A program made the translations under genes and the position numbers. Of a DNA stretch of 64,000 nt, positions 11,402-20,718 are shown in pieces. The notes under the pieces were generated by a model. The model was not told where the DNA came from and made no database searches. It was given only the letters and a program-made list of their open reading frames with translations. The DNA comes from Gammaproteobacteria bacterium (lineage in GTDB: Bacteria; Pseudomonadota; Gammaproteobacteria; Eutrophobiales; Eutrophobiaceae): contig CBDCTH010000004.1 in assembly GCA_965222155.1 (NCBI GenBank), positions 384,001-448,000 of the forward strand. Reading direction: 5' to 3'. Position 1 is the stretch's first letter. Each line of letters opens with the position of its first letter.

Positions 11402-12402
11402 TAAACAAAACCAGCAGCTCGCCACACTGGCACGATGGTCAGACCCTGGGGAGGGTGATGACGGACGTGTGCATCGCACTCGTCCCCGGATTGCTTTGTT
11501 ACATTTGGTTGTTCGGCTCCGGCGTGTTGCTGCAATGTATCCTGGCCGTGCTGTTCGCCCTCACGTTCGAATTTACCGTCCTCAAATTGCGTCGCCGCGA
11601 CCCCTGGGTTTCGCTGCGCGACGGCAGCGCGGTCGTCACCGCGTTGCTGTTTGCGGTCAGCATATCTCCGTTAGCGGCCTGGTGGGTCTGCCTGTGTGGG
11701 ATCGCCTTTGCCATCATCATCGCCAAACATGCCTTCGGAGGTATCGGCTACAATATATTCAACCCGGCTATGGCAGGTTTTGTATTCGTCCTGGTCTGCT
11801 TCCCGGTGCAGATGAATACCTGGCCGGCCCTGTCGGCGCACGCTATCGGCGCATACCTGGGCAGCATCTTCCCCGGCGCAGGCTCGGGGCCGGATATGCT
11901 GAGCGGCGCAACGCCCCTGGATGAACTGAAGACCCGGCTGGAAATGATGGAGATGGTGTCGGAGATGAAGACTGCCCAGTTGTTCGGCTATCTTGGCGGG
12001 GCCGGCTGGGAATGGATCAATATCATGTTCATGCTGGGCGGCATCTATTTGTTGTATCGCGGCGTCATCAAGTGGCAAATCCCTGCCGCACTACTGGCAA
12101 GCGTTTTCATCGTCAGCACAGTCCTTTACTTATACGATGCGGAAACCTACGCCTCTCCGCTGTTCCATCTCTTCAGCGGCGGCACGATGTTGTGTGCATT
12201 CTTTATCGCCACGGATCCCGTCACCGCGTCCACGACCAACCGCGGACGCCTGATCTACGGCGCCTTAATCGGAATACTCATCTGCCTGATGCGCCAATGG
12301 GGGGCATTCCCCGACGGGGTGGCTTTCGCGGTACTCCTGGCCAATATCTTCGTCCCGCTGATCGACCTGCTGACCCGCCCAAAGGCATTCGGAGAAACAT
12401 AA
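11398..12402 (+). CDS. rnfD: Rnf subunit D
   Basis: SSSPH N-terminus, GGIGYNIFNPA, SGATPL (FMN-Thr), FFIATDP. Confidence 0.95.
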   Translation: MINKTSSSPHWHDGQTLGRVMTDVCIALVPGLLCYIWLFGSGVLLQCILAVLFALTFEFTVLKLRRRDPWVSLRDGSAVVTALLFAVSISPLAAWWVCLCGIAFAIIIAKHAFGGIGYNIFNPAMAGFVFVLVCFPVQMNTWPALSAHAIGAYLGSIFPGAGSGPDMLSGATPLDELKTRLEMMEMVSEMKTAQLFGYLGGAGWEWINIMFMLGGIYLLYRGVIKWQIPAALLASVFIVSTVLYLYDAETYASPLFHLFSGGTMLCAFFIATDPVTASTTNRGRLIYGALIGILICLMRQWGAFPDGVAFAVLLANIFVPLIDLLTRPKAFGET

Positions 12403-13019
12403 TGGCCACAAAGGGAAACCCGCTGGTAAATTCTCTGCCGCTGTTATTCATCTGTTTCACGGCAGTGCTGGGTATCTATGCCCTGAGGCAATTTCTTGAG
12501 GATAACATCACCCGCAACCGGCACCTGCCCATCCTTGAGATCAGCGCCGGGATATTGCCCCTTGAGCGCGACAACGACTTGCCCGCAGACAGGTTAAGCG
12601 TCACCATGCCCACGTATTTCGGCACCGAGACCGCGACCTACGTCTATCGCGCGCGATACGGGGAAACCCCGGTGGGGCTTATCTTCAGTCCGCTCCAGGC
12701 CAGGGGCTATAACGGCATCATGGAACTGGCCGTAGGCATTCAATACGATGGAACCCTGGCCGGCGTCAGGATCCTGCAACACCGGGAAACCCCGGGCCTG
12801 GGCGACCAGGTCCACCAGGACAATTCACCCTGGATACTCGGTTTCAACGGCCACTCCCTCGACAACACCCCACAGGAAAACTGGGCAGTGAAAACAGACG
12901 GCGGCATCTTCGACCATATCAGCGGCGCCACCTCCAGCCAACGCGCCGTCATCCGCGCCGTGGAACACACCCTGAACTACTACAACGCCAATCGAAAAAC
13001 CCTCTTTAACCAGGAGTAA
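12402..13019 (+). CDS. rnfG: Rnf subunit G
   Basis: From ATG 12402: GYNG, HRETPGLGD, DHISGATSS (FMN-binding SGAT). Confidence 0.93.
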   Translation: MATKGNPLVNSLPLLFICFTAVLGIYALRQFLEDNITRNRHLPILEISAGILPLERDNDLPADRLSVTMPTYFGTETATYVYRARYGETPVGLIFSPLQARGYNGIMELAVGIQYDGTLAGVRILQHRETPGLGDQVHQDNSPWILGFNGHSLDNTPQENWAVKTDGGIFDHISGATSSQRAVIRAVEHTLNYYNANRKTLFNQE

Positions 13020-13150
13020 AATTTGGGACACCCATAAATTTCGTGGTAAAAATTGGGGGAAATTTGGGACACCCATAAAATTTAGGAGTAAAAATCAGGG
13101 GGAAAATTTGGGACACCCATAAAATTTAGGGGTAAAAGTCAGGACACCCG
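13020..13150. repeat. Four direct GGACACCC repeats downstream of the RAYT-like gene
   Basis: atttgggacacccataaa x3 plus caggacacccgta, each carrying a similar short flank. Confidence 0.9.
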
Positions 13151-13341
13151 TAGTATTAAATCGAATGAACCACGCTTTCTATACATTGCGCGGGGATCTC
13201 TTCAGCGACATCAACTCCACGGTAGCTGTATTGCCGGCTGCGCCGGCCTTCAGTAGAGATAAACACAGTAGATGTTGTGCGCTGGTAAACCCCAGCCGGG
13301 CGGCGCGTGGGGTGTGGGGTCAGGCTTGACAGGGTTCAGGT

Positions 13342-14307
13342 TTAGTTCAGCGAGTAGCTGGCCTGCCAGAGCCAATGCTGGCCGATAGCCTGGCAGTATT
13401 TCTTTATGTGCGTGGCAGACCCCAGTGCCTTCTGATGGGAGAGTACAGGAGGCTTCATAGCTGTTTGCCAATGGGCCGGTGTTATGCTGAGTTGGTCAAT
13501 CAGAGGTGGAGCGTCTTCCGGTATGGCTCCTTGCTTATCCTCCCTGATGATTCGACCCGACCAATCCAGAAGCTGCAGATAGTCATCAAAGTAAAATGGA
13601 AGGTGGTAATAATGGTTCGTCACCGTCTCCGGTTTATCTGATTTGAATGGTAGCAGGTCAGAGCTATTCCCAGCCAGTCGGCGTTTGATGGAGGTGTACT
13701 CCGACCGCATTGGGTTGTGGCTGAGACCGGCTCGGACAGGGTTTAATTCCACATAGGCCAAACATTGCAGTAAAGCGGTTTCATCCAGTAATGCTTGCGA
13801 CAGGAAGCGTCCTTCCCAAAAGCGTCCTTTACAGCCATCCTCCACATTGGCCTTACGGGCGATACGTTCGTTCAAATACCCCATGAAGCGGCTGATGCTG
13901 ATCAGGATTTTGCGCATTCGGGCAATCTCCGTATCGACGATTTCCTTTTCCGCATCTGTTAACACATTCCCTGCTTTGAACCGTACCATAAGTGGACTGA
14001 GGCGATATAACTGCTGCCAGCGGGTAAGTATCGTCTCAGCAGAGAGGGATGCAGCCAGCTCCAGGTTGACTTTGACAATCACATGATAATGATTGGACAT
14101 GATGGCATAACCCACCACATCAACACAAAATGCCCGGGATTGCGCTAAAAGCTGTTGTTCCACCCATTCTCTACGGTGTTGGTAGCTTTTCCCGGACAAG
14201 GCGTCGAAGCCACATAGGAAAGCACGGCGAACACAACGGGAAATACAGTGGTAATAACAAGTTTCTGCAAGACAGATTTGCTGGCGCCGAGCAATGGTCA
14301 TGGTCAA
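13342..14307 (-). CDS. RAYT-like HUH (Y1) tyrosine transposase/endonuclease
   Basis: YYHCISRCVRRAFLCG, HUH motif MSNHYHV, GRFWEGRF, catalytic Tyr in YVELNPVRAG; intact 321 aa; repeat clusters on both sides. Confidence 0.9.
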   Translation of the reverse strand: MTMTIARRQQICLAETCYYHCISRCVRRAFLCGFDALSGKSYQHRREWVEQQLLAQSRAFCVDVVGYAIMSNHYHVIVKVNLELAASLSAETILTRWQQLYRLSPLMVRFKAGNVLTDAEKEIVDTEIARMRKILISISRFMGYLNERIARKANVEDGCKGRFWEGRFLSQALLDETALLQCLAYVELNPVRAGLSHNPMRSEYTSIKRRLAGNSSDLLPFKSDKPETVTNHYYHLPFYFDDYLQLLDWSGRIIREDKQGAIPEDAPPLIDQLSITPAHWQTAMKPPVLSHQKALGSATHIKKYCQAIGQHWLWQASYSLN

Positions 14308-14339
14308 CTCCTGTAGTAATTGGGTATCCTGTAACGATT

Positions 14340-14367
14340 ATTGTAATAACGTTTGGCTCAATGTCAA
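14340..14367 (-). promoter_or_regulatory. sigma70-like promoter of the RAYT-like gene
   Basis: Minus strand TTGACA-16 nt-TACAAT, followed by RBS CAGGAG before the ATG. Confidence 0.6.
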
Positions 14368-14394
14368 TAGTCTGTCCGATGTCTAGAACCGGTT

Positions 14395-14592
14395 AATTTA
14401 TGGGTGTCCTGGATTTTTCAGGGCAGGTAATTTGGGACACCCATAAATTTCGTGGGGAGGTAATTTGGGACACCCATAAATTTCGTGGGGAGTATTGGGA
14501 CATACATAAAATCAGTTTATGGGTGTCCCAAATTTGCTCCCAAATTTGTCTCTGGAATTTATGGGTGTCCTGAATTTATGTCCTGAATTTAT
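14395..14592. repeat. GGACACCCAT/ATGGGTGTCC cluster upstream of the RAYT-like gene
   Basis: Direct and inverted copies, including duplicated ggtaatttgggacacccataaatttcgtgggga. Confidence 0.9.
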
Positions 14593-14606
14593 GATAGAGT
14601 ACGGCG

Positions 14607-15989
14607 ATGCGACATTTCCCGGTTTTTCTGGACCTGAATGGGCGCCGTTGTCTTGTGGTCGGCGCTGGTGAGGTGGCCGCGAGGAAAGCCCAGCAATTGC
14701 TCAGGTCGAACGCTGATCTGTTGATCGTCGCGCCCCGGGCGGGGGAGGGGATACTGGCCCTGAAGCAGCAGGGCAGGGTGAGGTATGAGGCAAGGGAATT
14801 CCTGCCGGAAGACGTTAGCGGCTGCGCGCTGGTGATAGCAGCAACGCCTGACAAGCAGGTGAACAGTCAAGTCGCCAGCGCGGCCAAGACCGGCAACGTG
14901 CCGGTCAACGTGGTCGATAACCCCGCCCTGTGCAGCTTCATCATGCCTTCGGTGGTTGACCGGGACCCGGTGCAAATCGCGGTGTCCACGGGCGGGGCCT
15001 CACCGGTCCTGGCCCGGCTGTTACGGGTAAAACTGGAAACGCTGATACCGGCAACCTACGGCCGGCTGGCGACTGTGGTGCGGGAGTTCCGCGGCCGGGT
15101 AAAACAGCGCTTCCCGGAATTCAGACAACGGCGCCGGTTCTGGGAACATATCCTGCAGGGGCCGGTGGTCGAGATGCTGTTTGCCGGACGGGAAGCCGCT
15201 GCCATCGAGGCACTGGAGAACGAACTGGACAAAGCCACGCCGACGGATCACCAGACCGGTGAAGTCTACCTGGTCGGCGGCGGTCCGGGCGATCCTGACC
15301 TGTTGACGTTCCGCGCCCTGCGCCTGATGCAACAGGCCGACGTCGTGCTGTACGACAGGCTGGTTGCCCCGGCCATAGTGGAACTGGTCAGGAAAGAGGC
15401 CCGGCGGATCTACGTAGGCAAACAGAGTGACAGCCATACGGTGCCACAGTCCGAGCTTAACGCCATGCTGGTCAAGCTGGCGCAACAGGGCAAACGCGTA
15501 TTGCGCCTGAAAGGGGGCGACCCGTTCATATTCGGCCGCGGCGGTGAGGAAATTGAGGAACTTGCCGCCGCCGCCGTCCCGTTTCAGGTCGTACCGGGCA
15601 TCACCGCCGCCGCCGGTTGCGCCTCCTACGCCGGCATCCCGTTGACCCACCGCGATTACGCCCAATCCTGCCTGTTCGTAACCGGCCACCTGAAGGATGG
15701 CAAGCTGAACTTTAACTGGCCGGCCCTGATCCAGCCGAAACAGACCGTGGCCATCTACATGGGAGTCAAGGGAATCGACGTGCTACAAAAGAATCTCCTG
15801 GAACACGGCATGGACGCGGATATGCCCGCCGCCATCATTCAGCAAGGCACCACGCCGGAGCAGAAAGTCTATGTGGGAAAGGTATCCACCCTGACAAAAA
15901 CCGTCGCCGCCAATGAGATCAAACCCCCGTCAATGATCGTCATCGGCGAGGTGGTAAAGCTACACGAGAAGCTGACCTGGTACCGGTAA
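14607..15989 (+). CDS. cysG: Siroheme synthase
   Basis: FPVFLDL..VVGAGEVA N-domain; GGGPGDPDLLT, RLKGGDPFIFGRGGEE methyltransferase motifs. Confidence 0.96.
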   Translation: MRHFPVFLDLNGRRCLVVGAGEVAARKAQQLLRSNADLLIVAPRAGEGILALKQQGRVRYEAREFLPEDVSGCALVIAATPDKQVNSQVASAAKTGNVPVNVVDNPALCSFIMPSVVDRDPVQIAVSTGGASPVLARLLRVKLETLIPATYGRLATVVREFRGRVKQRFPEFRQRRRFWEHILQGPVVEMLFAGREAAAIEALENELDKATPTDHQTGEVYLVGGGPGDPDLLTFRALRLMQQADVVLYDRLVAPAIVELVRKEARRIYVGKQSDSHTVPQSELNAMLVKLAQQGKRVLRLKGGDPFIFGRGGEEIEELAAAAVPFQVVPGITAAAGCASYAGIPLTHRDYAQSCLFVTGHLKDGKLNFNWPALIQPKQTVAIYMGVKGIDVLQKNLLEHGMDADMPAAIIQQGTTPEQKVYVGKVSTLTKTVAANEIKPPSMIVIGEVVKLHEKLTWYR

Positions 15990-16032
15990 ATCGGTCTTTC
16001 CCTGACTACGTCGCCATGACGGCGCCTCCTCC

Positions 16033-16130
16033 CCGTCGTCATTCCGATGCATGCCGGAATCCAGTGTAATAATGAGTCGCCTCCGGCGACACAGTATAAG
16101 ACTGGATACCGGGTCAAGCCCGGCATGACG
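16033..16130. repeat. Inverted REP doublet (REPIN-like) with internal hairpin
   Basis: gtcattccgatgcatgccggaatccag ... gagtcgcctccggcgacac ... ctggataccgggtcaagcccggcatgac; related copies at 16720-16780, 52810-52903 and 56340-56415. Confidence 0.8.
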
Positions 16131-16218
16131 GACGGGGGACAAGCCCGGTATGGTGACGGGGGCCGGAATGACGCTGGGGAGCATGCGCCGGAGTGACGGC
16201 AGGGGCCGCGACTCCGTT

Positions 16219-16626
16219 CTAGCTTTCCTTATCCAAATTGAGGGCTACGGAGTTGATACAGTAACGCAACCCGGTGGGTTCCGGACCGTCGGGGAAGACG
16301 TGGCCGAGGTGGGCGTCACAGGCGCTGCATAGTACTTCCGTACGCGACCTGCCGAACAGGCTGGGGTCGTCCCTGGTCTTGACCGCGTCCGCATCTTCCG
16401 GCTTGAAAAAACTGGGCCAGCCCGTGCCGGAGTCAAACTTGGCGTCGGAACTGAACAGCGCCTGGCCGCAGCAGACACAGTTGTATGCGCCCGCGTCCTT
16501 GCAGTCATTATACTCGCCGGTAAACGGGCGCTCCGTCCCCTTGCGACGGCATACCTCAAATTGTTCCGGCGACAGCTCCTGTTGCCATTCCTGCTCAGAC
16601 TTGACGACTTTATCGCTCTCAGACAT
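16219..16626 (-). CDS. msrB: Peptide methionine sulfoxide reductase MsrB
   Basis: [35 protein letters not shown]. Confidence 0.97.
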   Translation of the reverse strand: MSESDKVVKSEQEWQQELSPEQFEVCRRKGTERPFTGEYNDCKDAGAYNCVCCGQALFSSDAKFDSGTGWPSFFKPEDADAVKTRDDPSLFGRSRTEVLCSACDAHLGHVFPDGPEPTGLRYCINSVALNLDKES

Positions 16627-16781
16627 GTTCAACCTCCTTCACGAAAGGCTAAAAAGTTTACACCTTAATAATATAATAAAGAATAGTTATCCACCGCGCC
16701 AGAATGGCAAGCACCCCCATCGCCATGCCGGGCTTGACCCGGTATCCATTCTAATAACGTGTCGCCGGAGGCGACTCATTC

Positions 16782-18215
16782 TTACAATACAGGTGAATAA
16801 GCCGCACTATTCACAGGCGGTTGCACGGCTGTTTCCGGCGTTGTCTCCTCGTAGGTCAGGTGCATCAGCATGGCGTAGTACCTGCGGATGTTTTCCACGA
16901 ATTTGACCGGTTCTCTCCCCCTGGCGTGGCCGTGTTTTGTCTGCGAGTACCATTTGGATTGGTTCAACAGCGGCAGGGACTTTTTAACGGCGGCCCAGGA
17001 ATCAGGGTCGCCGCCGTTTTTCTGGGTTAGCACCCTGGCGTCTTCGAGATGGCCGTAGCCGACGTTATAGGAGGCAAGTGCAAACCAGGTGCGGTCCGGC
17101 TCGGCAATCCGGTCCGGCATCTTGTCTGCCAGGGTGGTCAGGTACTTGGCGCCGCCATGGATGCTCAGCACCGGGTCAAGGCGGTCGCTGATACCGATCT
17201 GCCGCGCCGTTTGTTTCGTCAGCATCATCAGCCCGCGTACGCCGGTGGGCGAGCGCGCCGAATTTTTCCAATGGGATTCCTGGTAGCTGATCGCGGCAAG
17301 CAGGCGCCAGTCAAAACCGAACTCGTTCCCGGCATTCATGAAATAAGGTTTCAACTCCGGCAGCAAGTCGTTGTAGCGGTCGATGAAACTGCGCGCCTCC
17401 ACATAATTTAATGAGTCCGCAAACGCATAAACCTGCTCGAGCAGGTCAGCCAGTTGACCCTTGCTCCTGATGTCATCCTGGAACTGCCTGATTGCCCTGA
17501 TGAGAGAATCATCATTCGGGGACTTACTGACAGCCCAGCCCAGGGGCTCAGGCGCGCTCAGGTCAAAGGCAACCCGAAGCTCCGGCAGGGAGATGCGCGC
17601 GTGGGCCACTTCGTTGGACCAGGCCACGGTGTAGAGGATTTCCCCGTTCTCTATCATCTCCAGCAGGTCGAGGTTGTCCTTGTCGTCGTACAGGACCAGG
17701 ATAAGGTCCGGGTGATGGGTTCGCAGCAGGTCAAGCTCCTCCGGGGTAAGGGCATTACGGCCCAGGTGAAGCCGGTGGGGCGCAATCTCAGCCAGCGAGG
17801 ATGGACGTATATAGCCGTAACGGTACACCACCTGCCGGGTCACCCATTGAAAACCGGGGCCGTACGCCAGGGGATCGTCCGGTTCGAAGGTCCTTGTCAA
17901 TCCGGCTGAGGCAACGTCCGCCTGTCCGGAGGCGAGCAGGTCGGTGATTTCCTCCCTGCCGTCAGCCTGGCTGAATTCGAAATCGACGCCCAGCCAGGCG
18001 GCGAACAGTTTGACCAGTTCGAATTCCAGACCGCGTCCGCCTTCCTCATCGTGCAGTTGATAGGTCGTCGGTCCAGCTACGGTGACGACGTTGACCACGC
18101 CCCGCTCCTGGATCTGCTCCAGCCGTGTTTTTTTCTCGGCACACCCCAGCATCAGCAGGTAGGCGGGCAGCACAAGCCCGATTAAAACCGGAACAAATTT
18201 CGCTGTCCTACCCAC
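16782..18215 (-). CDS. mltF: Membrane-bound lytic murein transglycosylase MltF
   Basis: Periplasmic binding-like N-domain plus SLT motifs AAISYQESHW, SPTGVRGLMMLT, ASYNVGYGH, ARGREP. Confidence 0.92.
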   Translation of the reverse strand: MGRTAKFVPVLIGLVLPAYLLMLGCAEKKTRLEQIQERGVVNVVTVAGPTTYQLHDEEGGRGLEFELVKLFAAWLGVDFEFSQADGREEITDLLASGQADVASAGLTRTFEPDDPLAYGPGFQWVTRQVVYRYGYIRPSSLAEIAPHRLHLGRNALTPEELDLLRTHHPDLILVLYDDKDNLDLLEMIENGEILYTVAWSNEVAHARISLPELRVAFDLSAPEPLGWAVSKSPNDDSLIRAIRQFQDDIRSKGQLADLLEQVYAFADSLNYVEARSFIDRYNDLLPELKPYFMNAGNEFGFDWRLLAAISYQESHWKNSARSPTGVRGLMMLTKQTARQIGISDRLDPVLSIHGGAKYLTTLADKMPDRIAEPDRTWFALASYNVGYGHLEDARVLTQKNGGDPDSWAAVKKSLPLLNQSKWYSQTKHGHARGREPVKFVENIRRYYAMLMHLTYEETTPETAVQPPVNSAAYSPVL

Positions 18216-19209
18216 TTTGCGCTAGAACCAGGGAGAAATAGTGGTTATCCGGCTCAAAATGACGGATGACGTTAAGTCCAAAGTCCTCCAGTAAGGTTTC
18301 CAGTTCATCGAAGCAGAACTTGTAGCTCAATTCAGTCAGTATCTTCTCGCCGCTTTCCAGCCGGATGCTCTCGTTGAGCTTGCCCAGCGTGATTTCCTGG
18401 CGCAGCCCGGATACGAGATACATCTCGATTCTGTTCAACTCATTATTATAGACAGCCAAATGAGCAAAATTATCCGCGCGGAAGTTCGCGTCCAGTTCGC
18501 GGTTCAACACCTGCAATACGTTCAGGTTGAACTGGGCGGTAATACCCTGGGCATCGTTATAGGCGGCATTCAGCACCGCAGTGTCTTTAATCCGGTCTGC
18601 CCCCAGCAGCAGAAAATCGCCCGGCTCCATGCGCCGCCGGATGTCACCGATGAAAGCGCGCACCTCCGGGGGGGTGAAATTACCGATGGTGCCGCCCAGG
18701 AACAGGTACATCCCGGCGCCCCGGTAATGCGGCAAATTCTTCAGGCCGGCATGATAGTCCCCCAGCAGCGGCCTGACGTCGAGCCACTTATAATCATGCT
18801 GCAGTTTGCCGGCTGCCTCCAGCAATACGGGTTCACAGATGTCAAACGGCGCATACACGCAGGTATGGCCCTGTTTTTCACAGGCATCAAACAGGTTAGT
18901 CGTTTTTTTCGAGCTGCCGCTGCCCAGCTCGATAAAGTAATCGGGACGAGCCAGCGCGATGATATCGTCACCGTACTGCCGTAACAGCGTATCCTCGGTA
19001 CGGGTCGGGTAATACTCGGGCGTTTCACATATCCGGCCGAACAACTCCGCCCCACGCGCATCATAAAAATACTTGGGAAGCAGGGAACGAGGCCGCTCAA
19101 TCAGACCCGCACGAGCATCCTCCTCCAAGCCAGCAACATGCTTGGCCGGCGTGATCGTAATGCACTGAACAGCACCCGAATATCGATTAAGCTCGGTAAT
19201 GGTATCCAC
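18208..19209 (-). CDS. egtD: L-histidine N-alpha-methyltransferase EgtD
   Basis: PKYFYDARG, PEYYPTRTE, IELGSGSS, FLGGTIGNF, AAYND..G.TA.FNLN, IEMYL. Start probably GTG 19209. Confidence 0.92.
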   Translation of the reverse strand: MDTITELNRYSGAVQCITITPAKHVAGLEEDARAGLIERPRSLLPKYFYDARGAELFGRICETPEYYPTRTEDTLLRQYGDDIIALARPDYFIELGSGSSKKTTNLFDACEKQGHTCVYAPFDICEPVLLEAAGKLQHDYKWLDVRPLLGDYHAGLKNLPHYRGAGMYLFLGGTIGNFTPPEVRAFIGDIRRRMEPGDFLLLGADRIKDTAVLNAAYNDAQGITAQFNLNVLQVLNRELDANFRADNFAHLAVYNNELNRIEMYLVSGLRQEITLGKLNESIRLESGEKILTELSYKFCFDELETLLEDFGLNVIRHFEPDNHYFSLVLAQSG

Positions 19210-19269
19210 TATGTCAAGAATATCCCGAAACAGGTTCGCTACCCGTAATTGTACCCGAGTTGCAGAATA

Positions 19270-19942
19270 AATTTGGGACACCCATAAATTCATTTTATGG
19301 GTGTCCTGAATTAATGGGTGTCCTGAATTAATGGGTGTCCTGAATTAATGGGTGTCCTGAATTAATGGGTGTCCTGAATTAATGGGTGTCCTGAATTAAT
19401 GGGTGTCCTGAATTAATGGGTGTCCTGAATTAATGGGTGTCCTGAATTAATGGGTGTCCTGAATTAATGGGTGTCCTGAATTAATGGGTGTCCTGAATTA
19501 ATGGGTGTCCTGAATTAATGGGTGTCCTGAATTAATGGGTGTCCTGAATTAATGGGTGTCCTGAATTAATGGGTGTCCTGAATTAAATTAATGCCTTGTT
19601 GAACATTACAAACTCATGGGTGTCCTGAATTAATGGGTGGAATTATGGGTGTCCTGAATTAATGGGTGTCCTGAATTAATGGGTGTCCTGAATTAATGGG
19701 TGTCCTGAATTAATGGGTGTCCTGAATTAATGGGTGTCCTGAATTAATGGGTGTCCTGAATTAATGGGTGTCCTGAATTAATGGGTGTCCTGAATTAATG
19801 GGTGTCCTGAATTAATGGGTGTCCTGAATTAATGGGTGTCCTGAATTAATGGGTGTCCTGAATTAATGGGTGTCCTGAATTAATGGGTGTCCTGAATTAA
19901 TGGGTGTCCTGAATTAATGCCTTGTTGAACATTACAAACTCA
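19270..19942. repeat. Perfect 17-bp satellite ATGGGTGTCCTGAATTA (17 + 1 + 16 copies) with a duplicated 26-bp flank
   Basis: Units at 19297-19585, 19616-19632 and 19645-19916; atgccttgttgaacattacaaactca at 19591-19616 and 19917-19942; inverted arm at 19275-19290. Confidence 0.97.
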
Positions 19943-19982
19943 CTGGTTATAATAGTCCCAATTTAGGACATGATATTGGATT

Positions 19983-20285
19983 ATGAGGATTATCGCGCTC
20001 CCGACGCTCAAGAAGTTCTGGGAGCAGAGCCCTGCATATACGGATGCGGCTGAGCCGGTCCGGGCCTGGTATCGGCATGCATTACGAGCTGACTGGGCCT
20101 CACCCGCTGATGTCAAACAGGATTTTGGCAATGCCAGTATTCTGAAGGACGGACGAGTGGTGTTTAATATAGCCGGTAACAAGTATCGGCTGGTTGTCTG
20201 GATTAATTACGCTTATCGAGTGGTTTACATACGGTTTATCGGAACACACGCCCAATATGATCAAATCGACGCACAAGTTATTTAG
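19983..20285 (+). CDS. higB: HigB-family toxin
   Basis: MRIIA..TLKKFW, WASPADVKQDFGNASIL, RVVFNIAGNKYRLV, RFIGTHAQYD; TTGAAC-17-TATAAT promoter upstream. Confidence 0.9.
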   Translation: MRIIALPTLKKFWEQSPAYTDAAEPVRAWYRHALRADWASPADVKQDFGNASILKDGRVVFNIAGNKYRLVVWINYAYRVVYIRFIGTHAQYDQIDAQVI

Positions 20286-20303
20286 CCTCTGGAGGAACAA
20301 GTG

Positions 20304-20684
20304 ATGGACGTTAAACCCATCAAAACCGATGCCGACTATCAAGCGGCGCTGCAAGAGATAGCAACGCTGATGACGGCGCGATTGGATTCACCGGAGGGTG
20401 AAAGGCTGGATGTATTGACGACACTGGTTGAGGCTTATGAACGGAAGCATTATCCGCTTGAATTACCCGACCCGGTGGCAGCCATCAAGTTTGAAATGGA
20501 ACAAAAGGGTCTAACGGCCAAAGATCTGGAACCGATGATTGGCAGGAGAAACCGGGTCTATGAAGTTTTGAATCGCAAACGTTCACTTACCCTTAAAATG
20601 ATTTGGCGCCTGCATGAGCAGCTAGGCATCCCTGCCGAGTCATTAATCAAACAGGCCCCTGGTCCGGATAACCAGGCCGCATAA
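20304..20684 (+). CDS. higA: HigA-family HTH antitoxin
   Basis: KPIKT.ADYQAAL, LVEAYE..HYP, C-terminal HTH (VYEVLNRKRSLT); directly follows higB. Confidence 0.9.
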   Translation: MDVKPIKTDADYQAALQEIATLMTARLDSPEGERLDVLTTLVEAYERKHYPLELPDPVAAIKFEMEQKGLTAKDLEPMIGRRNRVYEVLNRKRSLTLKMIWRLHEQLGIPAESLIKQAPGPDNQAA

Positions 20685-20718
20685 ACGCTTTATCCAGACC
20701 TGGACGGTAACGTTCTGG

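Noticed and set aside
13150-13340. Possible ncRNA downstream of the RAYT-like gene
   Set aside because: No clear structure or second copy visible; needs covariance analysis across homologous loci.
19210-19293. N-terminal extension of egtD (MNLWVSQI...) and many small YGCP/LWVS ORFs
   Set aside because: Translations of the GGACACCCAT repeat, not protein sequence.
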